17,906 bases of DNA from Pseudomonadota bacterium (GCA_043767805.1 JAYUGC010000015.1:1-17906); one strand, 5' to 3'. Shown: positions 1 through 7,038, numbered from the stretch's first letter. Translations and numbers: made by a program. Notes: generated from the letters alone by a model not told the origin.

Positions 1-1198
1 CCACCGGCAAGGAGCCGGTGGAGAGCGCGATCATATCGATCACCTCTTCCAGCGAGCCACCGCCGTTACCGCGCAAATCGTAGATCACGCCTGAAATTCG
101 CGGATCATCCTTGGCCACCTTCACCAGCCCTTCATAGACGTCATTGGCCACGGAAACTCTGTTCTGGCGATCCGAGTAGTAGCCCGGCAAGTCGACGACG
201 GCGATCCGATGCACGTCCTCACCGACTTGCACGTGGACCACGGACACTTTCACTCTGCCGTCCTCCACCCGAATCCGGCGCCGGGTAACCTTAATCGTCT
301 TAGGAGGCTGACCCTCCTCCGTAACCACTTTCAGATAGACGTCGGTACCCGCCTCACCGCTGATGAGTTGCAGCGCCTGCTGGGAAGGGATCTTATCGAA
401 GTCCACGAAGGTTTTGCCGTCTTGAGAAGCGCCGACAATGCGATGCCCCGGGCGTAACGAACCTTCTTCCGCCGCCCCGCCACCAGGAATGACGGACTTA
501 ATCTCGACGGCCCCGCCGCCTTTTCGAGGCGCGACGTTCACACCGATGCCTTCGAAGGAATTCTTCGTATGCACTTCAAATTGTTTGAGCGTGTCAGTCG
601 ACATGTAATTGGAATGAGGATCGAGCGCTCCCATGGCGGAGTCGAGATAGATTTCGACCAGCTGAGAGCTCTTCGCGGTCTGAGTCCATTCGAGACCGCG
701 GCTGAGATCTTCCTTGAGGCTGCTCAGCGCTTCTTCTCGCGTGGAACCGGAGCCAACGCGGATCTCGATGTCCTTTTTCACGAAATTGGTGAAAGCGTCG
801 GAGCCCGGCGGGGCTTCGCCTTTTTCGAGAGCGGCCACCATGGGGGGAATCTTTTCCTGCTTACGCTTTAAAAGGAGATTGAACATTTCCCAGGGCGCCG
901 AAAAATCCCCATTCGAGATTCCCGTGCCGTGCGCGTTCTCCAGCCGCTTCATGTGCTGATGGTCCTGTTCGCTCAAATAGATCTCGTCGGGATCCATCAT
1001 GGAAACAAACGCCGCGTGGATCTTCGCGGAGACGGAAGCAATAGGTACCTTCAGAAAGTGCTCGGTCTCGATGAGGCGGGCGACTTGGCGAGCGGTCTCT
1101 TGCTCGTCGGCGGAAGGAGGGCCAGGCTCGGCGCGCGCCGTAACAGCGAGCAACAATAGGAACCCGACCAAAAAACGAAATTCCGCACGACGGGTCAT
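1..1198 (-). CDS. prc: Carboxy-terminal/tail-specific protease, S41 family (Prc/Tsp-like), N-terminal ~399 aa; runs off the left edge
   Basis: Not in the ORF track (no stop within the window). Manual translation from ATG at 1198, with a GAGGAGG SD just upstream: signal peptide MTRRAEFRFLVGFLLLLAVTARA, then MDPDEIYL, ALDPHSNYM, PDZ-like SFEGIGV...VIPGGAAEEGSLRPGHRI, IAVVDLPGYY and the S41 motif GVIYDLRGNGGGSLEE. The catalytic Ser/Lys lie outside the window. Confidence 0.88.
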   Translation of the reverse strand, partial: MTRRAEFRFLVGFLLLLAVTARAEPGPPSADEQETARQVARLIETEHFLKVPIASVSAKIHAAFVSMMDPDEIYLSEQDHQHMKRLENAHGTGISNGDFSAPWEMFNLLLKRKQEKIPPMVAALEKGEAPPGSDAFTNFVKKDIEIRVGSGSTREEALSSLKEDLSRGLEWTQTAKSSQLVEIYLDSAMGALDPHSNYMSTDTLKQFEVHTKNSFEGIGVNVAPRKGGGAVEIKSVIPGGGAAEEGSLRPGHRIVGASQDGKTFVDFDKIPSQQALQLISGEAGTDVYLKVVTEEGQPPKTIKVTRRRIRVEDGRVKVSVVHVQVGEDVHRIAVVDLPGYYSDRQNRVSVANDVYEGLVKVAKDDPRISGVIYDLRGNGGGSLEEVIDMIALSTGSLPV

Positions 1199-1338
1199 TC
1201 AAGCCTCCTCAGCATCCACAGCCTTCAGCAGTGTATGTGAGGACAAAAAGAATACAGAAGGGATCTCTCTTTACCGAAAAAGCATCATTCGATCAGGACG
1301 TATTCCCTCCGCGTTCACCTAGAATGGAAGTCTTAACC

Positions 1339-3366
1339 ATGCAGGCTGGCCTATTCCCAATTCTGGTCCTAGTTTTGTCTGCGGCGTCGTCGTACGCGCT
1401 GAACGACTGCGACGAGTCTTTCGCTCGCGCGGCCAAGATCGTGAGCCTCTCCTCCCAAGGTAAAGTGGGCGAGGAGCAAGGAAATCGTTTTCTCGGGACT
1501 TTAACGGCTGAACAACTTTCTCCCGCACTAGATAGATCCCAGGAGCTCACCCGCGTGCTAAGCACGCGCCTCGGCACCCCGGCTGAGCTAACCGCTCTTG
1601 GCGATCTGGCGAGAGACGGGTTCGAAGTGTATGAGGTCAGCTCCAGCAAGGGAACGTTCGTTCTCAAAGTATTTGGAGACGGCGGCAGAAAGTCCATGCG
1701 TCAGTTCCTGCGAGAGCTGGCGGTGAATCACGCGGTGGGCGGTACTCTCTCCCAGCTAGTGCTGTCCCCTGGCGTCGATGCGTTCACCTTACAAGATAAA
1801 ACCGGAACTCATCCTACCCTCCTCATGCGGAAAGCCGACGGGGTCGGCCTCGACGTTCTTATCAAGCGGGTCTCCAGCGAAGCCCATGGGCTTTTGAACG
1901 CCGAGCATGCTCTTGGGTTTACGGGCCAAGCCTTGGCTGACTTTCATCAGAGGGAAAGAGCCATTGAGCCGAGCAAGACAGTAAGAAAAGAGGCTCGCGA
2001 ATTACTGAAGGACGAGCATTTAGATAAGTTTCGGCGCTGGTACGAGACGGATCAAGAAACCCCGATTAGCGTCGTCGATAGGCTTTTGGCGGAACACCTC
2101 CTCACCGGGCCTCAGGCGAAGGCATTCACCAAAGTGCTTAAAGAGAAACTGAAACGGGCCAAAAGGAACGCTCCCGGCGTCATCACCGTGGTGCACGGCG
2201 ACGCGAAGCCGAGCAATTTCTTTTTCGACAAGAAAACGGCGCGGGTGACCGCCATCGATTTGGAGACCATGGGACGCACGCTCCAGCAGACCGGCGACGC
2301 CGCGGAAGACGTGGGCCGCATGCTGGGCTCTCTAAAAAAAGAAGGGGCCCTCTCCGGACTGGGCGGCTTCGAGATAAAAAGGCTTCAAGCGGCTTTTCTC
2401 GATTCCTACTTTCACAACTGGAAGGGCAACCGCGCGCAATTCAAGGAACGAGTCGATTTCTACGAGCTCAGGTATTGGGGCGTAACCCTTGCTGACCCCA
2501 ACACTAAACTGACTCCGGAGCAGCGCCGCCGCCTCGCGGAGAACCTTCTCGACGAGGCGGAGATCTCGCGACCGGAAGTCCACGCTCTACAAAGACTCCT
2601 GGACGCTCCCTACCGCGATCTGGACGACGTGGAACTGCCCAGTAGCGTTCCTCTGGAAGTCGGCAGCCACGATTCTGAAACGATGTTCAAGCTCGCCAAG
2701 CAAACTTGGGCCGAGCTCTTCGATGACAGAGTTCTCACGGAAGCTTTGGAAAGGATAAAAGACAAATCCCTGGGTCAGGAAGACTTCCAATATTTGAAAG
2801 CGCTAAGAAAGCGCGCGATTTTGCTAAGAAGTACCTTTCAGGTGTTCGACCAGACTCATATGCCTCCCAAAAAGCTTCATCAATTCGTCCAAACCTTTGG
2901 CGAAATGAACGACGCCATCGCCAACGGGAAGACCAAGCTAGCTTCCCGGGCGGCCGAAGACGTACTGAAGCTCGTCAAAGCCAATGAGCCCAAGTCTTCC
3001 TTCTCGGCCTTTAAGCCGGCGACTCCGGCCTCCATCGGGCATCATCTTGCGGCTACCACGACCGAGATCGGGCGCACGCTCGCCAAGGCGACCCTCACGG
3101 CCAGAGAGTTTCACTCCGTTCGCAAGTCCGTGCGGCAACTTCACGCTTTCGTGCGCCTACTCCAGGCCAGTGAGCCGACGGAAGCGAAAGCCTCGGCTCT
3201 CGACTACCTGCACGCTTTGAATCTGCATACGGGGGCTATTCACGATCAGTTCGTGACCCGATCGCTGAACGGCGAAATCGACTACGAAAAGGCGACTCTC
3301 GCCGTACCCGGGGACTTGCGGGACAATCTCACCAGGATCATGACTCGGTTACAAATCGATCCTTAA
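1339..3366 (+). CDS. Putative exported fusion protein: APH/protein-kinase-like phosphotransferase domain + C-terminal CHAD (polyphosphate-binding) domain
   Basis: ORF 1231..3366; preferred start ATG 1339 (or 1324), giving signal peptide MQAGLFPILVLVLSAASSYA. Kinase motifs: FVLKVF, RELAV, VVHGDAKPSNFFFD (HGD at 2194), AIDLE, GDAAEDVGRMLGSL. CHAD-like two-fold repeat: LRKRAILLRSTFQVF...FGEMND and FHSVRKSVRQLHAF...LNLHTGAIHD. Confidence 0.75.
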   Translation: MQAGLFPILVLVLSAASSYALNDCDESFARAAKIVSLSSQGKVGEEQGNRFLGTLTAEQLSPALDRSQELTRVLSTRLGTPAELTALGDLARDGFEVYEVSSSKGTFVLKVFGDGGRKSMRQFLRELAVNHAVGGTLSQLVLSPGVDAFTLQDKTGTHPTLLMRKADGVGLDVLIKRVSSEAHGLLNAEHALGFTGQALADFHQRERAIEPSKTVRKEARELLKDEHLDKFRRWYETDQETPISVVDRLLAEHLLTGPQAKAFTKVLKEKLKRAKRNAPGVITVVHGDAKPSNFFFDKKTARVTAIDLETMGRTLQQTGDAAEDVGRMLGSLKKEGALSGLGGFEIKRLQAAFLDSYFHNWKGNRAQFKERVDFYELRYWGVTLADPNTKLTPEQRRRLAENLLDEAEISRPEVHALQRLLDAPYRDLDDVELPSSVPLEVGSHDSETMFKLAKQTWAELFDDRVLTEALERIKDKSLGQEDFQYLKALRKRAILLRSTFQVFDQTHMPPKKLHQFVQTFGEMNDAIANGKTKLASRAAEDVLKLVKANEPKSSFSAFKPATPASIGHHLAATTTEIGRTLAKATLTAREFHSVRKSVRQLHAFVRLLQASEPTEAKASALDYLHALNLHTGAIHDQFVTRSLNGEIDYEKATLAVPGDLRDNLTRIMTRLQIDP

Positions 3367-4089
3367 CTACTTGATGCCGAGAGCCCACGGCGCGGTCCCG
3401 ATCTGCGTTCGGCAGGGAGGAACGCCCTTCGAGACGAGAAGCTTACTTATCTGCTGGAAGCGCGTGCTCGTGCCGGGGTCCTCTTTGGTCGAGAGCTGAA
3501 GGAGTTGGGCGCCGGAAGACAGGGTCATCATCTCCAAATCGAAAGGAACCGGCTGGGCATCGAGTGACCATTTCAAGTTGTCGATGGGTCCAACCGCCGC
3601 CAAAGCACTCCAGGGAACCCGAGCCCTCATGGAAGTCAGAAATTTAACCTGCTTTTTGGTAAAAAGTACTTCTGGGCTCCGGCGGCCCGCGAGGACGTCC
3701 TTGAGATCGGACATGTCCGCTTCTTCTTCGCTGAATGAGCAATGGATGACGGCGTTCTTACCTTGGAAGTCCGTCTCGCACTTGAACCCGTCCTCGTCCT
3801 TGAAGTCGTCGGGAACTCTTTGAGAATCAGTGGTGAGCTTCACGGTCACTTCCACCGGCTCTCCCTTTTCGCCTCTGAGCCGCAGCAGAAGGCCCGCGCG
3901 ATACAAATCCCGGTTTCTCGTATCGAGATAGTAAAGGTACCGGCGCTTCGACTTCGAAACGTCGGCCGCGAGCTGGCGCTTGACCGCCGCGGGGCTCGTC
4001 TCACACAGCGTCCAGTGGTACTCGGCCTGAGTGGCGTGGAGCGAAGTGCTAAGAAAGAGAGTCGCTAAGGTCAGGGTGATCTTGCTCAT
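3367..4089 (-). CDS. Putative exported CYTH/triphosphate-tunnel-fold protein
   Basis: ORF 3367..4161; preferred start ATG 4089, giving signal peptide MSKITLTLATLFLSTSLHA. CYTH-type motifs YYLDTRNRDLYRAGLLLRLR, EVTVKL, FKCETD, LFTKKQ, VGPIDNLKW, LLQLSTK. Confidence 0.75.
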   Translation of the reverse strand: MSKITLTLATLFLSTSLHATQAEYHWTLCETSPAAVKRQLAADVSKSKRRYLYYLDTRNRDLYRAGLLLRLRGEKGEPVEVTVKLTTDSQRVPDDFKDEDGFKCETDFQGKNAVIHCSFSEEEADMSDLKDVLAGRRSPEVLFTKKQVKFLTSMRARVPWSALAAVGPIDNLKWSLDAQPVPFDLEMMTLSSGAQLLQLSTKEDPGTSTRFQQISKLLVSKGVPPCRTQIGTAPWALGIK

Positions 4090-4202
4090 GGGACGTAGTC
4101 TTTCGTCGAGAAGCGCACCGGTCAACGCCGGGATTGATAAAACTTCCACAAAGAACGACACAAGCCTTGTCGAGCGCGTCCTCTCCCATTAGCTGTCTCC
4201 CC

Positions 4203-4873
4203 ATGACGGGGTTTTGGGTTTTATCGATCTTCACCGCGCTGCTCCTCGGTTGCGCGGGGCGTCCAGCCTCTCCCGCACTTCCCCGCCTTGAGCTGTTTCC
4301 GTTGAAAGAAACCGCGACGCTCGGCGAGTTCCACGAACAAAGGATTTCGCTCGGAGGTTTTTCGGGACTTTGCTTCCGCGGCGAGACAGAGGGGAAGCTT
4401 CGTTTTCTCGCTCCCACCGACAGAGGCCCCAATCCAGAGCCCGTGACCCTCCCCAATAAAAGCAAAGGACGTGTCTTTCTCCTCCCGAGGCTCTCCCCGT
4501 TGGAGACGCCACAGCTTTGGCGCCTGGAAAATTCTTGGTAATTGAGCAGGGCTCGACCAAAGGCCCCCATTCGTTTCATCGCGTCTTCTCCTTAGACGTC
4601 ACGCAGGCGACGAATCTCTTAGACCGAACGGATAGAACGCATTCCCGGCCCGCCGCTAAAACCCTCGTCGCCGATCTCACCGCATTGGGTTACGACTTCG
4701 CTGAAAAAGTGGAAGGACTCACGGTCGTGAGCCCGACGACCTTGGCCGTTTTGAATGACAATGATTTCGGCGTGGCTTCCGACGATCTCCGGGAACGCTC
4801 GCGGGCCCGTATCCTTACCGACGCTCCCTCCGTTCTCGGCCTCATCCATTTGTCCGAGCCCTTGACTCCCTGA
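4203..4873 (+). pseudogene. Phytase-like (esterase-like activity of phytase family) lipoprotein, disrupted by an internal deletion and frameshift near 4498-4501
   Basis: The first frame, from ATG 4203, gives a lipoprotein signal (LLLG-C) plus the family N-terminal motifs LGGFSGL and TDRGPN. A different frame from ~4499 gives C-terminal motifs VGDATALAPGKFLVIEQG, AEKVEGLTVV and AVLNDNDFGV, ending TGA 4873. The total of ~220 codons is about half the usual family length. Confidence 0.75.
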
Positions 4874-4951
4874 GCCGTCGGAAATCCAATTGTGGTTCCC
4901 CGACGAGAGGAATAGGATTTTTTTGCTTAGGTTACCAACCAAGGAGATCCC

Positions 4952-5146
4952 ATGAAGAAACTTCTCGGACTACTGACTCTACTAGGGGCGGCGCTAGCTT
5001 TCGCCGACAACAGCCCCGTTCCGCAGAATCAGCAGCAGCAACAACAGCAGCAGGCCCAGCAAAACAAAAAACACCAACAGCAGCAACAGCACAAGCAGCA
5101 CCACCAGCACGGCCATCCTCACAATCAGCACCCGACCCCGAATTGA
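4952..5146 (+). CDS. Small secreted Gln/His/Lys-rich peptide (64 aa)
   Basis: SD AAGGAG at 4941-4946 and a classic Sec signal MKKLLGLLTLLGAALAFA. The 46-aa mature part has 19 Gln, 8 His and 3 Lys, with mixed CAG/CAA codons. Confidence 0.85.
   Translation: MKKLLGLLTLLGAALAFADNSPVPQNQQQQQQQQAQQNKKHQQQQQHKQHHQHGHPHNQHPTPN
5024..5131 (+). repeat. Coding low-complexity CAG/CAA/CAC repeat (Q8 at 5030-5053, Q5, His-rich tail)
   Basis: Read directly: cag cag cag caa caa cag cag cag ... caa cag cag caa cag cac aag cag cac cac cag cac. Confidence 0.9.
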
Positions 5147-5160
5147 GATCCGCATCTAAT

Positions 5161-5187
5161 GGGAGAGGAGGCCTTCCCTCCTCTCCC
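5161..5187 (+). terminator. 11-bp perfect stem-loop without a U-tract (partial terminator or mRNA-stabilising hairpin)
   Basis: GGGAGAGGAGG-CCTTC-CCTCCTCTCCC, 14 nt after the peptide stop codon. No poly-T follows. Confidence 0.6.
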
Positions 5188-5225
5188 CCATGAACTTGCG
5201 TTACTTAAAGTTAAGAGGCGGCTCG

Positions 5226-6896
5226 ATGTCCCCACTATTTGCGCTCCTGGTTTATCTCGTCGGTAATCTCGCTTTTGCCGGCCCTTCTACCAAACTCAGC
5301 CCAACGGAAACCGAGCTCGTGAATCAGAGGCTTCGGCGCTTTTATCAGAATAGCGAGGCGGCCATCATGAACGAGCGGGTTCCCAAATTTTCCGCCCGCA
5401 CCGGCGCCGCGGTCGAGCGGCATCGTTCGCTGCGTTTGGCTAAGGCGCCCACCAACCCCCTGCTCAAACTCGCGCAGAAAAAGGCGACACCGGAGTTTCA
5501 GAAGGCGCAACGCGAAGTCTTCAAAAAACATTTTCCGGGAGCCTACGGCCCAAGAGTTTCCGGCACGTGGTCTGCGCCCGAAGCCAACGATGCGTTAGCC
5601 GACATCAGCGACGGATGGATCGCCAAAGACAAGCTCGTTTACGATTTGGACTCCCTACCGGCCGACGGCGAGACGAAGCTCGATCTCTGGTCCGACGACT
5701 ACTGGCGCACGCGGTACGGCGGTCTCGCGTATCGTTATTCCAATCCGGAAGAGTACGAAACCTGGGAAGAGGCCGCGGACGTTTACGCCCAGCCCAAGAA
5801 CTGGGACAAGCTCGTCGACGATCTCGACAAGACCGAGCTGACCCAACGCATCCGCAAATGGTCGCCGGCGGAAAAGTACGACTTGAGTCTCTTCGATCTG
5901 GAGTTTCCTCTCACCAATCAGCAAAAAGAGCTCGGCGAGGAGTTTCTGGAAGAAGACGAAAAAACGGTCGAAGACTGGGTCGGCATCTGCCACGGCTGGG
6001 CAGCGGCCACCGTCATGGTCCCGCGTCCTGAAAAGACCGTCAAAGTCCCGGGTCCGGAGAAAACCACGATCACCTGGTACCCGAACGACATCAAGGCCGT
6101 CGCTTCGCTTCTCTGGGCGGAAGCCGAGTCGGACAATAATTTCGCGGGTGTCAAATGCGAGATTAAGAACCCGGCCTACTATCAAAACGGCCGCATGCAG
6201 GATCAAGATTGTTTCGACACGAATCCGGCGACCTTTCACTTGGCTCTCGGTAACCAGGTGGCTCTCGCCGGAAAAACGTTTCTCATGGACAACACGTTCG
6301 ACTACGAGATTTGGAATCAGCCCATCCAGTCGTACGAGTTCCTCTATTTCGATCCGATTCACCCGGAAAAACGCAGCAAGAACTGGAAAGAAGTGGCCGT
6401 GCCTTACGACGCCTCGTTCAAAGCCGGGGATCGGTTTCAAAAGCCGCTGACTCGCGGGCAGAAAAACGAAAAAGGGGTTTGGGACGATTCGGGCGTCCGC
6501 CAAATCGTGGGAGTCATCAACTCCATCGCCTATATCGGGGAAGTGTCTCCGCCCGCGCACACCGAGGTGGCCAATGACGATGAGCTCGTGCGGGTCACCT
6601 ATACCTACGACTTGGAAATCAGCGAAGCGGACGGGAAAAGCGTGGTCTCCGGCGGCGAATGGCACGAGAACTCCCACCCAGACTTCCTCTGGGTTCCCAG
6701 GAAGGGGACTCGGGCGCTTACCTCCTATGACACGAAGCCAATCGACTATTCGGGGAAACGCGAAGTGGGCGTGGACGCGACCAAATACGCCCGCAAAGCG
6801 AGCCAGAGCGGAGTTCCCCTCTGCGAGGTGCTGTCGACGCTCATTGAGCTGTCGACGGGTGCCGAAGCCGACCTTTGCCCTCCGACTTCGCCCTAA
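5226..6896 (+). CDS. Secreted transglutaminase of the GP42/TGase_elicitor family
   Basis: ORF 5190..6896; preferred start ATG 5226 (AGAGG upstream), signal peptide MSPLFALLVYLVGNLAFA. Family motifs in the expected order: LWSDDYW, SPAEKYD, WVGICHGW (Cys-His at 5988-5993), NDIKA (Asp at 6087), DTNPATFHLALGN, IWNQPI (Pep-13-like), YTYDLE, GGEW, HPDFLW. Confidence 0.85.
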   Translation: MSPLFALLVYLVGNLAFAGPSTKLSPTETELVNQRLRRFYQNSEAAIMNERVPKFSARTGAAVERHRSLRLAKAPTNPLLKLAQKKATPEFQKAQREVFKKHFPGAYGPRVSGTWSAPEANDALADISDGWIAKDKLVYDLDSLPADGETKLDLWSDDYWRTRYGGLAYRYSNPEEYETWEEAADVYAQPKNWDKLVDDLDKTELTQRIRKWSPAEKYDLSLFDLEFPLTNQQKELGEEFLEEDEKTVEDWVGICHGWAAATVMVPRPEKTVKVPGPEKTTITWYPNDIKAVASLLWAEAESDNNFAGVKCEIKNPAYYQNGRMQDQDCFDTNPATFHLALGNQVALAGKTFLMDNTFDYEIWNQPIQSYEFLYFDPIHPEKRSKNWKEVAVPYDASFKAGDRFQKPLTRGQKNEKGVWDDSGVRQIVGVINSIAYIGEVSPPAHTEVANDDELVRVTYTYDLEISEADGKSVVSGGEWHENSHPDFLWVPRKGTRALTSYDTKPIDYSGKREVGVDATKYARKASQSGVPLCEVLSTLIELSTGAEADLCPPTSP

Positions 6897-7038
6897 GTGC
6901 GCACGCGCGAGCTTTTTCCTACTTTGCGGCAACATCATTATCCGAGGCCGCTCGGCTGGACGCTTCGACGGACGAGAGCCCGATAGCCGACTGGACAAAC
7001 GCAGTATTGCCGATTACATAGGGGATTCTTCGTGTGGG

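Noticed and set aside
209..1322. Several short ORFs in the track (209-457, 569-871, 714-959, 861-1202, 929-1159, 999-1322)
   Set aside because: They overlap the motif-supported minus-strand S41 protease frame (1-1198) and show no features of their own.
1231..1338. Longer N-terminal extensions given by the ORF track (also 4090-4161, 4134-4202, 5190-5225, 7397-7477, 14729-14860)
   Set aside because: Downstream starts place signal peptides at the N-terminus or give family-typical lengths, so the extensions are probably not translated.
4090..4202. Pho box in the CYTH/phytase-like divergent spacer
   Set aside because: No convincing CTGTCAT-type 11-bp direct repeat was found; only a weak inverted repeat (CGACA-N7-TGTCG, 4156-4172).
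4490..4545. Programmed ribosomal frameshift joining the two phytase-like ORFs
   Set aside because: No clear slippery heptamer at the junction, and the central catalytic motifs are missing, so deletion is the better explanation.
5024..5131. CAG-rich repeats as a CRISPR array or non-coding microsatellite
   Set aside because: No repeat-spacer structure. The repeats are in frame within a gene with SD and signal peptide and use mixed synonymous codons.
5655..6998. 447-aa minus-strand ORF
   Set aside because: Antisense shadow of the transglutaminase gene with no recognisable motifs. Such shadows are expected from GC-rich codon bias.
6992..7020. Possible promoter for the tRNA (TGGACA-N17-TACATA) or sigma28-like GCCGATTA
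   Set aside because: The matches to consensus are too weak to support a call.
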